DNA of 44,807 bases from Loktanella sp. (GTDB lineage Bacteria > Pseudomonadota > Alphaproteobacteria > Rhodobacterales > Rhodobacteraceae). Shown in pieces: positions 19,172 to 27,776 of this stretch. Numbering within the stretch: the stretch's first letter is position 1; each line of letters begins with the position of its first letter. The notes below the pieces were generated by a model that saw only the letters and a program-made list of their open reading frames with translations, was not told where the DNA came from and did not search any database. The stretch lies in contig PUNR01000103.1 of NCBI GenBank assembly GCA_003551805.1, positions 1 through 44,807 on the forward strand, given 5' to 3'. Position numbers and translations under genes: made by a program.

Positions 19172-19189
19172 TGTAAACTAAAGCTGACA
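19172..19189. promoter_or_regulatory. PpsR/CrtJ binding site 2
   Basis: TGT-AAACTAAAGCTG-ACA matches TGT-N12-ACA, 17 bp from site 1. Confidence 0.85.
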
Positions 19190-19297
19190 CTGCGCCAATC
19201 GGTCGCGCGGCGATGAATGTCGTCACGACAGGCCCTTGCTCCTGCTGTGATTGTCTCTAAGCATAGCCGCCAAAGCGCTTTGGGAGGAGTCATCAAA

Positions 19298-20080
19298 ATG
19301 CAGATCCGCGCCCTTGTCTGGGGTGAAAATGTTCACGAACAGACCAATAAAACCGTCGCTGATATCTATCCTGACGGGATGCATGAAGCCATCGCCGCCG
19401 CCTTGCGCAGCGATGGAATCACCGCTGAAACCGCGACGTTGCAACAGCCTGAACACGGGTTGACCAAAGAACGGCTGGCGCAGACCGATGTGCTGCTGTG
19501 GTGGGGTCACGCCGCGCATGGTGATGTCGCCGACGAAATCGTCGAACGTGTGGCAGAACATGTTCATGCCGGTATGGGCCTGATCTTGCTGCATTCGGCG
19601 CATTTCGCCAAGATTTTCAAGCGCCTGATGGGTACCCCCTGCAATCTGACATGGCGCGAGGCCGGTGAACGCGAACGTCTTTGGGTCACGTCACGCAACC
19701 ATCCGATTGCGGCCGGTCTGCCCGACCATTTCACGCTTGAGAATGAAGAAATGTATGGTGAACCTTTCGGCGTACCCGAACCGCTGGAAACCGTTTTCAT
19801 CAGTTGGTTTCAGGGCGGCGAGGTGTTCCGTTCCGGCCTGACCTACAAACGCGGCGCAGGCAATGTGTTCTATTTCCGCCCCGGTCACGAAACCTATCCG
19901 ACCTATCACGACGCCAATGTGCAAACCGTGCTGCGTAACGCCGTGCGCTGGGCACATAACCCGGCGCCACGCATCAAGGATGTGAACGACGCCCCAAATG
20001 TGCCGGTTGAGTCCGCACTGGAACCGATCACAGAACGCGGCCCACGCCTGCATCGCGATGGCGAGGACGGCTTTCGATGA
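19298..20080 (+). CDS. thuA: ThuA trehalose/glycoside utilisation protein
   Basis: Motifs [29 protein letters not shown] and [12 protein letters not shown]; GGGAGGAG RBS before the ATG at 19298. Confidence 0.9.
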   Translation: MQIRALVWGENVHEQTNKTVADIYPDGMHEAIAAALRSDGITAETATLQQPEHGLTKERLAQTDVLLWWGHAAHGDVADEIVERVAEHVHAGMGLILLHSAHFAKIFKRLMGTPCNLTWREAGERERLWVTSRNHPIAAGLPDHFTLENEEMYGEPFGVPEPLETVFISWFQGGEVFRSGLTYKRGAGNVFYFRPGHETYPTYHDANVQTVLRNAVRWAHNPAPRIKDVNDAPNVPVESALEPITERGPRLHRDGEDGFR

Positions 20081-21126
20081 CACGCGTCCTGATCGTCGGC
20101 ACCGGTGGGATGGCCAATGCCCATGTCGAGGCTTATCGCACCATCCCCGATGTGCAGGTTGTGGGTGGTGTCGATACCAGCGCCGAAAATCTGGCAGCGT
20201 TCTGCGAACAATGGGATGTGCCGCACCGCTTTGCCTCGGTCAATGATGCACTGGCGTGGGGCGAATTCGACGCTGTGTCCAACGTGACCCCCGACGCCGT
20301 GCATCACCGCACGACGATGCCGTTGCTCGCCGCAGGCAAGCATGTGTTGTGCGAAAAGCCGCTGGCGATCAACCACGCCGATGCGACGGACATGGCGCAG
20401 GCGGCACAGGCTGCCGGTGTTGTGAATATGGTGAACCTGACCTATCGCAATGTGCCCGCGCTGATGCATGCCGCCGATCTGATCGCCCAAGGTGCTATTG
20501 GCGAAGTGCGCCATTTCGAGGCGTCCTATCTACAAAGCTGGCTGGTCCAGCCCGCATGGGGCGATTGGCAGACAGAGGATCAATGGCTTTGGCGTTTGTC
20601 CTCTGCGCATGGGTCGATGGGTGTGCTGGGGGATGTCGGTGTTCATATCGTCGATTATGCGACCTTTGCAGTAGGGTCGGATGTTGCGCGTGTGTCGTGC
20701 CGTTTAAAGACATTTGCCAAGGCAGCGGGTGACCGGATCGGCCCTTACCATCTGGATGCAAATGACAGCATGTCGATGCATCTGGCGCTGCAGAACGGGG
20801 CGACAGGTGTGATCCACGCCAGCCGCTTTGCAGCGGGACATCACAATGATCTGTCCTTGCGGATTTTCGGGACCAAAGGCGGGCTGAAGATCAGCTTTGA
20901 AAAAGCGACCAGCCACCTTACGGCATGTTTGGGCGATGACTTGCTGACCGGTCATTGGACTGACGTCGAAACCCCTGCGGTGCAGACCAATTACGCCCGC
21001 TTTATCGCCGCGATCCGCGATGGTCAGCCCGTCGGCCCAGACTTTGCCCGAGGTGCCGCCTTGCAAAGGGTGCTGGATGCAGCTGTGGTTTCAGACATAA
21101 ACCGGTCCAGCGATCAAGAGGTGTGA
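20077..21126 (+). CDS. thuB: Gfo/Idh/MocA oxidoreductase (ThuB-like)
   Basis: Motifs VGTGGMA, CEKPLA and [12 protein letters not shown]; ATGA overlap with thuA. Confidence 0.8.
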   Translation: MTRVLIVGTGGMANAHVEAYRTIPDVQVVGGVDTSAENLAAFCEQWDVPHRFASVNDALAWGEFDAVSNVTPDAVHHRTTMPLLAAGKHVLCEKPLAINHADATDMAQAAQAAGVVNMVNLTYRNVPALMHAADLIAQGAIGEVRHFEASYLQSWLVQPAWGDWQTEDQWLWRLSSAHGSMGVLGDVGVHIVDYATFAVGSDVARVSCRLKTFAKAAGDRIGPYHLDANDSMSMHLALQNGATGVIHASRFAAGHHNDLSLRIFGTKGGLKISFEKATSHLTACLGDDLLTGHWTDVETPAVQTNYARFIAAIRDGQPVGPDFARGAALQRVLDAAVVSDINRSSDQEV

Positions 21127-21159
21127 TCACACCACCGTACGGTGGGTCTTTTGACAAGT

Positions 21160-21167
21160 TTAACCAT
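21160..21167 (+). promoter_or_regulatory. Possible CtrA half-site (TTAACCAT)
   Basis: Exact TTAACCAT upstream of the 21242 ORF. Confidence 0.35.
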
Positions 21168-21241
21168 TAGCGGTCATGTCAGTCAGCGGTGCGTGCATTT
21201 TCGTGCAGCTCCAAAGCTGTAAATCGCAATGGAACATGCTG

Positions 21242-21649
21242 ATGAACGATATTCTTGTGCCGGTTGACCCCGCCGATCTGATCGACCGGATTATCGTACT
21301 GCAGCTTCGCGTTGAAGCGGTGTCAGATCCACAGCAGCGTGCCGCCATGCTATGCCAGCATGATCTTCTGTCACGACTGGCAACGCGCATTTTGCCCGCA
21401 GACCCCTTGATGACGCGCCTGACAGCACAGCTTGGCACTGCGCGCAGTGATCTGTTTCACGTTATTCGGGATTTGCGCGAATCTGACGGGCGCAAGGATT
21501 ATGGCGTCGCGTTTATCGCGCTGTCCCAGTCCATGCTGGCCGCGCTTGGTGCCGTTGACGACGCCAAAGCTGCGATCAACCTGCATCTTGCTGCGACCAC
21601 CCCGATCCCGTCTGGTGGCGCGATGGATAATACACTCAGTTTGATGTGA
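21242..21649 (+). CDS. Hypothetical protein, divergent DUF6165-like
   Basis: N-terminus ILVPVDPADLIDRIIVLQLR resembles the DUF6165 pattern (PVSxGELIDKITILEIK) as recalled; start uncertain. Confidence 0.5.
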   Translation: MNDILVPVDPADLIDRIIVLQLRVEAVSDPQQRAAMLCQHDLLSRLATRILPADPLMTRLTAQLGTARSDLFHVIRDLRESDGRKDYGVAFIALSQSMLAALGAVDDAKAAINLHLAATTPIPSGGAMDNTLSLM

Positions 21650-21658
21650 ATTTGGCCT

Positions 21659-21674
21659 TTAAGCCTGACTTAAC
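21659..21674 (+). promoter_or_regulatory. CtrA binding site upstream of motB
   Basis: TTAA-GCCTGAC-TTAAC, a perfect TTAA-N7-TTAAC. Confidence 0.8.
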
Positions 21675-21717
21675 ACTTCGTGGTCTAAGCCGATGAGGGG
21701 TGGTGAAGAGGTGTGGT

Positions 21718-22554
21718 ATGTCAAAGAATGCGAACGGTCCGACGATAATCAAGCGCAAGAAAGTAGTCAAAGGCGGGGGGCACCATGGTGGCGCCTGGAA
21801 AGTGGCCTATGCGGATTTCGTGACTGCGATGATGGCGTTTTTCATGTTGATGTGGTTGCTCAACGCGACGACTGAACAGCAACGCAAGGGGATATCGGAT
21901 TATTTCGCACCGACGATCCCGATTAACCGTATTTCTGGCGGTGGCAGTGGTGCGTTTGGTGGTGATAACATTTTCACTGACGACACCCTTGCACAAAGCG
22001 GCACTGGCGCAAGACAGCCGACGATCGGCGCAGTCCCCGTCCGCACCGAGGCCGAGATTGAAGCGGATACCGCTGCTGCCGCGCAGGTCGCAGCCCTGCA
22101 AAAAATCGAAGAGATATTGCTGGGTCAAGGTGGCGAAAGCATGATTTCCGAACAGGCGCTGCGCCATATCGTGACCCGACTGACAGACGAAGGGCTGGTG
22201 ATCGACATCTTTGATCTGCCCGATGCGCAATTGTTCGAAGACGGCAGCACGGTGCCGCACCCTGTGACGATTGAAATCGCCGCGCTTCTGGCGCGCCTTT
22301 TTGCCAGCGTCAGTAATAGTGTTGCAATCAACGGCTATCTTAGCGCGCGACCAGCACCGTTGCGCGACGATGACCTGTGGGATTTGTCCAGCGGGCGCGC
22401 GGCACGCATGCGCGAAATGTTGCAAGACGGTGGCCTGCACCCACAGCGGATCCTGCGCCAGACAGGTGCGGGCGACCGCAAACCTATGGTCGCCGACACG
22501 ACTGCCGCGCGCAACAACCGGATAGAGGTGATTTTGCTGCGGTCGGATATCTAG
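21718..22554 (+). CDS. motB: Flagellar stator protein MotB
   Basis: Motif IIKRKK...HHGGAWKVAYADFVTAMMAFF and a C-terminal OmpA-like domain (NNRIEV). Confidence 0.92.
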   Translation: MSKNANGPTIIKRKKVVKGGGHHGGAWKVAYADFVTAMMAFFMLMWLLNATTEQQRKGISDYFAPTIPINRISGGGSGAFGGDNIFTDDTLAQSGTGARQPTIGAVPVRTEAEIEADTAAAAQVAALQKIEEILLGQGGESMISEQALRHIVTRLTDEGLVIDIFDLPDAQLFEDGSTVPHPVTIEIAALLARLFASVSNSVAINGYLSARPAPLRDDDLWDLSSGRAARMREMLQDGGLHPQRILRQTGAGDRKPMVADTTAARNNRIEVILLRSDI

Positions 22555-22578
22555 GAAAAATCAGATCGCATTTTAGAC

Positions 22579-22594
22579 GTTAGGTTCATGTTAA
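22579..22594 (-). promoter_or_regulatory. CtrA binding site (one mismatch) upstream of flgE
   Basis: The minus strand reads TTAA-CATGAAC-CTAAC. Confidence 0.6.
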
Positions 22595-22653
22595 GGCGGG
22601 GGCTGTAAAGAAAGGGGGTCAGTGTTTGAATCGAGCTTTCGAAAGGCCCTTGA

Positions 22654-23982
22654 ATGAGCATCTCATCTTCCATGAACGCCAGTGTTTCCGGGCTTGCGGC
22701 GAACGCATCACGCCTTGCGACTATTTCCGACAATATCGCAAATTCGTCGACTTACGGGTATAAGCGGGCGGTCACTGATTTTGAATCAATGGTCATCGAA
22801 AGTGGCCGTGGGACGTATTCAGCTGGTGGCGTCCGCACCAGCGTATCACGTCTGGTCGACGAACGCGGCGCGCTTGTGTCGACATCCAACCCCACTGATC
22901 TGGCCGTGCGAGGGCGCGGCATGCTGCCAGTGACAACAGCAACGGCTGTTGCGATCGGCAATGGCGAAAATCCATTATTGTTGACCACGACTGGGTCGTT
23001 CCGGCCTGACGCTCAAGGGTATCTGGTCAGCCCGGGCGGACTGGTCCTGTTGGGGGTGCCGGCGCTGGCCGACGGTACCATTCCAAACTATCCGCGCGAT
23101 TCGGTTGACGGGCTGGTACCCGTGCAGATCAATGCGAACCAGTTCGCCGGCGAAGCGACGACGCGAATCAGCCTTGCGGTCAACCTGCCCGCGACATCCA
23201 CCCGCGAAGGCGCGACAGGCGGCACGGAAACCTTGTCAGTTGAATACTTTGACAACCTTGGCGCGTCGTCGAACCTAAGCTTCAGCTTTACACCGACCGT
23301 GCCTGCGAACGGTGCGTCCAACGAATGGACAATGCAGATTCGTGACAGTGAAAGCGATGTTGACGCTGATGGAATCCCGGATCTTGTTGCCGAATATACA
23401 CTGGTCTTTGACGCGTCCCGTGGTGGTGGTGGTACCCTAGCCAGCGTCGCAGGCACCGCTGCCGGACTTGGTGGCCCCTACGACCCGTCGTCGGGTAGCC
23501 TGACGATCGCGGTGAATGGTGGCCCGATGGAGATCATGATCGGTGAACTTGGCAGCTCGATTGGACTGACCCAGCTATCAGATGCTTTCGCGCCTGTTTC
23601 GATCTCGAAGAACGGCACGCCTGTGGGTAGCCTGACATCGATTGAGGTCGACAGAAACGGATTTGTCCGTGCATCCTTCGATATCGGTATCAACCGCATT
23701 CTTTACCAGATCCCGCTGGTTGACGTGCCAAACGTCAATGGTCTGGAAACCCTCGACCAACAAAGCTTTCGTGTGACGCCAACCAGCGGCTCTTTCTTTC
23801 TTTGGGACGCTGGCGATGGACCAACCGGTGATATCGTCAGCTACGCCAGAGAAGAATCAGCCACAGATGTCGCCGGTGAACTAACGGCCCTGATCCAGAC
23901 CCAGCGCGCCTATTCGTCCAACGCCAAGGTCATCCAGACCGTCGACGAGATGTTGCAAGAGACCACAAACATTAAGCGCTAA
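22654..23982 (+). CDS. flgE: Flagellar hook protein FlgE
   Basis: N-terminal SGL..ISDNIANSSTYGYK and C-terminal EESATDVAGELTALIQTQRAYSSNAKVI. Confidence 0.93.
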   Translation: MSISSSMNASVSGLAANASRLATISDNIANSSTYGYKRAVTDFESMVIESGRGTYSAGGVRTSVSRLVDERGALVSTSNPTDLAVRGRGMLPVTTATAVAIGNGENPLLLTTTGSFRPDAQGYLVSPGGLVLLGVPALADGTIPNYPRDSVDGLVPVQINANQFAGEATTRISLAVNLPATSTREGATGGTETLSVEYFDNLGASSNLSFSFTPTVPANGASNEWTMQIRDSESDVDADGIPDLVAEYTLVFDASRGGGGTLASVAGTAAGLGGPYDPSSGSLTIAVNGGPMEIMIGELGSSIGLTQLSDAFAPVSISKNGTPVGSLTSIEVDRNGFVRASFDIGINRILYQIPLVDVPNVNGLETLDQQSFRVTPTSGSFFLWDAGDGPTGDIVSYAREESATDVAGELTALIQTQRAYSSNAKVIQTVDEMLQETTNIKR

Positions 23983-24000
23983 CCCGCAGGAGCAATCGCG

Positions 24001-25449
24001 ATGAGCATTTCAAGCGCTCTTAACAATGCCGTTTCCGGCCTGACAGCCTCCTCTCGGATGGCAGAGGTGGTTTCATCAAATCTGTCAAACGCCTTAACTG
24101 AAAGCTATGGGCGGCGATCAGTTGATCTTTCTGCTGCGCAGGTTGGCGGCAAGGGTGCCGGCGTGCGGATCGACGGGATCAGCCGGTTCTCTGATCCTGC
24201 CTTACTTGCCGACAGGCGCCTGGCTGAAACAGCTCTCAACGCGACCCAACGTGACGCGCAAGCGCTTGTGCGCCTTGAAAACAGCCTTGGCGGCGCGGAC
24301 AGCACGACAGGCTTGGCAGCAAGATTTGCCGCCTTCGAAAAGGCCCTGATCAGCGCAAGCAGTGATCCTGCAGCCGAAAATAGATTAATAGCGGTGGTCA
24401 CCCGTTTGGGTGATCTCGCCAGTGCGTTAAACGAATCAACGCGCACCACCCAAGGCCAACGACAACAAGCTGATGCCGCAATTGCAACGGATGTGGAAAA
24501 GCTGAACACGGGGCTTCGCCAAGTCGCTGACCTGAACAAGGACATTCAGCGGGTCAAGGCATCTGGAAACGACCCTTCCGGGTTGCTGGATGCACGCCAA
24601 CAGCTTGTTGATGAAATCGCTACAATCGTTCCGCTACGTGAAGTCCAGCGTGAAGACGGCACCGTAGCCCTCATGACTATCACGGGAACCAATCTGTTGG
24701 ATGGTCGCCCTGTTCAATTCGGATTTGTGCGCGCACCAACGATCACAGCTGACATGTCCTTCGCTTCCGGCGCTTTGGGTGGGTTGACGTTGAATGGCGT
24801 ACCGCTGAACCCGAACACCGGCATCGGCCGCCTTGGTGGCGGGTCACTGGGCGCTGCGTTTCACCTGCGCGATGATGTAATGGTCGGTGTACAGTCGGGA
24901 CTGGATCTGATCGCAGCCGACTTGATATCGCGCTTTCAGGATCCGGCAAATGATCCGACAATGGTGCCTGGCGGTGCGGGCATGTTGACCGATCTAGGCA
25001 ACCCGTTTGACCCTGGTGATCTGCCCGGCCTAGCTGGCCGGCTTGTTCTGAACGCCGCAATTGATCCCTCGCGCGGTGGTGACCCCACCCTGTTACGAGA
25101 CGGGCTGAACGCAGCGGCAGCCGGCCCTGCCGGTTCAAGCACCCAACTGGATCGTTGGCTGACCGCGCTATCCGCACCGCGATCTGACGTCGCGGGCGCC
25201 AGCACGCGGTCTGCAATTGGCCGGATAGCGGAGTTTACGGCGGATATTGGCGCGAAACGCCTTGCCGCCGAAACGGCACAAAGCTTCGCTGCTGCAAAGT
25301 GGGACAGCCTTCGCCAGGCAGAATTGGCAAATGGCGTAGATACTGATTTTGAACTGCAAATCCTTCTTCGGGTCGAACAGGCCTATGCCGCCAATGCAAA
25401 AGTGATCCAAACCATCAATTTATTGATGCAGCGCCTGATGGAGATTTAA
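24001..25449 (+). CDS. flgK: Flagellar hook-associated protein FlgK
   Basis: N-terminal SGLTA...SSNLSNALTESYGRR and C-terminal GVDTDFE...EQAYAANAKVI. Confidence 0.9.
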   Translation: MSISSALNNAVSGLTASSRMAEVVSSNLSNALTESYGRRSVDLSAAQVGGKGAGVRIDGISRFSDPALLADRRLAETALNATQRDAQALVRLENSLGGADSTTGLAARFAAFEKALISASSDPAAENRLIAVVTRLGDLASALNESTRTTQGQRQQADAAIATDVEKLNTGLRQVADLNKDIQRVKASGNDPSGLLDARQQLVDEIATIVPLREVQREDGTVALMTITGTNLLDGRPVQFGFVRAPTITADMSFASGALGGLTLNGVPLNPNTGIGRLGGGSLGAAFHLRDDVMVGVQSGLDLIAADLISRFQDPANDPTMVPGGAGMLTDLGNPFDPGDLPGLAGRLVLNAAIDPSRGGDPTLLRDGLNAAAAGPAGSSTQLDRWLTALSAPRSDVAGASTRSAIGRIAEFTADIGAKRLAAETAQSFAAAKWDSLRQAELANGVDTDFELQILLRVEQAYAANAKVIQTINLLMQRLMEI

Positions 25450-26454
25450 ATGTCCGTAACGACAATCGGCGATATGGCGTGGCAATTCGGCTCGATGCGT
25501 CGGGGCAGTGCCATAAAGTCAGACCTCGCCCAACTTTCGGCAAGCTTGTCATCCGGACGTGTGTCTGACGTCACCAGCCATTTAAATGGTGAAACCGGAA
25601 GGTTCACGGCGATCAACCATAGCTTGGCACAATTGGCGGCATTCGGACTTGCCGCACGCGAGACGGATCAACTGCTAAGCGTTGCACAAACCGGTCTTGG
25701 TCAGTTTAATGAGCTACGCGGACAGCTGACCGCACAACTGCTGTTGGTCGCGGATCACAGCACCACCGCGCAGGTTGATCAGGCAGCGACGTCAGCGCGT
25801 GGCGCATTGGATGTGTTGGTGGCCGTCCTGAATACCCGTGTTGCGGACAGGGCGATTTTTGGTGGGCAAGACGTCAACAATACGCCAGTCATTCGCGCGG
25901 ATGAAATGATTGGCCAAATTGTCACGGCCATCGGTCCAGACCGCACCTTCGATGGTATCGCCGCAGTTATCGAGGCGTGGTTTGACGACCCTGCTGGCGG
26001 TTATGCGACGACCGGCTATCGTGGGGATACTGGGCCCATGTTGCAGCGCCGCATTTCCGATAGTGCCCGCGTTGAGATTGCGGCGCGCGCTGATGATCCT
26101 GCTATCCGCGATGTTTTGAAAGCAGCAGTTTTGCTTGCCGTGTCGACAGAATTGCCAGGGCTTGGCGCTGATGCAAAACGGACACTCGCCCAGGAAGCGG
26201 CTAGCGGGTTGTTTGAAAGCGCTTCGGGCGTGACGCAGTTGCAAGCGCGCATTGGTACAGCACAGCAAAAACTGTCCGAGGCGATGGCAGAAATGTCCGC
26301 GCAGGAAACTGGTTTCAGGATGGCCGTGAATGATCTGATTTCAGCTGATCCCTTTGACACGGCAACCCGACTGCAAAGCGTGCAACTTCAGCTGGAAACC
26401 CACTATACGGTTGTGGGCCGAATGTCCCAACTGAGCTTGCTGAGGTTCATCTGA
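25450..26454 (+). CDS. flgL: Flagellar hook-associated protein FlgL (flagellin-like)
   Basis: Follows flgK; flagellin-like C-terminus ADPFDTATRLQSVQLQLETHY...LSLLRFI. Confidence 0.8.
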   Translation: MSVTTIGDMAWQFGSMRRGSAIKSDLAQLSASLSSGRVSDVTSHLNGETGRFTAINHSLAQLAAFGLAARETDQLLSVAQTGLGQFNELRGQLTAQLLLVADHSTTAQVDQAATSARGALDVLVAVLNTRVADRAIFGGQDVNNTPVIRADEMIGQIVTAIGPDRTFDGIAAVIEAWFDDPAGGYATTGYRGDTGPMLQRRISDSARVEIAARADDPAIRDVLKAAVLLAVSTELPGLGADAKRTLAQEAASGLFESASGVTQLQARIGTAQQKLSEAMAEMSAQETGFRMAVNDLISADPFDTATRLQSVQLQLETHYTVVGRMSQLSLLRFI

Positions 26455-27560
26455 TGGCGCGATCAATCATCTGGCTGGCATTCGTGCTTTTGGTTTGGTC
26501 GCAAACGGCGACAGCTGCACCAATCCGCATCAAGGATCTTGTCGAATTTGACGGTGTCCGATCAAACGATCTGGTGGGTTACGGGTTGGTCGTCGGGCTG
26601 AACGGCACCGGTGACGGATTGCGTAACGCGCCATTTACCGAAGAAATCCTGAGCAGCACGTTAGAGCGGCTTGGCGTGAATGTCACTGGTGAGCAATTTC
26701 GCCCGAAAAACGTTGCTGCGGTGTTCGTGACTGCCAGTTTGCCGCCTTTCGCGCGTGCGGGCAGCCCGTTGGATGTTACGGTTTCAGCAATTGGTGACGC
26801 AAATAGCCTTCTGGGTGGTACGCTCATCATGACGCCTTTGAACGCTGCGGATGGTGATATCTATGCCGTGGCGCAAGGGACGATCATTGCGGGTGGTGCG
26901 GCAGCGACAGGTGAAGGCGCCGCCGTTATCCAAGGCGTTCCAACGGCGGGTGTGATCCCGTCTGGTGCAACCATCGAACGCGAGGTTGCTTTTGACTTTA
27001 CTGCGATGACTCGCCTACGGCTTGCCCTGCGCACCCCTGATTTCACGACGGCTGGCCGGATCGAACAGGCGATTAACCATCATTTTGGACGGCATGTTGC
27101 GTTGATGACCGATTCTGGCACTGTCGAGCTAAACATTGCGGCGACACATATATCATCACCGGCCCATGTGATCGGCCGCATCGAGAACATCCTGGTGCAA
27201 CCTGAAAGGCGTGCGCGTGTGGTTGTCGATCAGCGGTCAGGAACGATTGTCATGGGCGAAGATGTGCGCATCAGTCGTGTTGCCGTCAGCCAAGGCAATC
27301 TGACGCTTCGGATACAAGAAGCCCCGTTGGTGGTGCAGCCCAACCCTTTTTCTTTGGGTGAGACCGTGATTGTTCCGCGCACCAACGTGGAGATACAGCA
27401 AGAACCCGGTATCGGGTTGGCCGAGGTACCGGGTGGCACATCATTAAGCGAAGTGGTCGCAGGGCTGAACGCGCTTGGTGTGTCACCGCGCGACATGATC
27501 GACATCTTGAAAAGCATTAAGGCAAGTGGTGCGCTCCATGCGGAATTCATCGTGCGATAG
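26454..27560 (+). CDS. flgI: Flagellar P-ring protein FlgI
   Basis: Signal peptide, then RIKDL..GVRSNDLVGYGLVVGLNGTGD and GALHAE. Confidence 0.96.
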   Translation: MARSIIWLAFVLLVWSQTATAAPIRIKDLVEFDGVRSNDLVGYGLVVGLNGTGDGLRNAPFTEEILSSTLERLGVNVTGEQFRPKNVAAVFVTASLPPFARAGSPLDVTVSAIGDANSLLGGTLIMTPLNAADGDIYAVAQGTIIAGGAAATGEGAAVIQGVPTAGVIPSGATIEREVAFDFTAMTRLRLALRTPDFTTAGRIEQAINHHFGRHVALMTDSGTVELNIAATHISSPAHVIGRIENILVQPERRARVVVDQRSGTIVMGEDVRISRVAVSQGNLTLRIQEAPLVVQPNPFSLGETVIVPRTNVEIQQEPGIGLAEVPGGTSLSEVVAGLNALGVSPRDMIDILKSIKASGALHAEFIVR

Positions 27561-27745
27561 GTTGGGCCGCCATGATCAGAAACTGTCGCCTGTTTTTCTT
27601 TAAGTGGATAACGATTGGGCTGCAGTGCCAAGCCACGCTTCTCGCGTCTCATCTGCTGCTGAATGGCTTGGTCCACTGTGTATGGCCCCGTTCGGGCGAA
27701 AGTGCGCTTTTAAAACTTAGACAAAATCGGAAAGCCGAAGATATT

Positions 27746-27761
27746 GCCTTTCGGGAAAGGC
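27746..27761. terminator. Hairpin between convergent flgI and ubiB
   Basis: GCCTTT-CGGG-AAAGGC, 15 bp past the ubiB stop; no strong U-tract. Confidence 0.35.
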
Positions 27762-27776
27762 CTGTCGATTACACCG

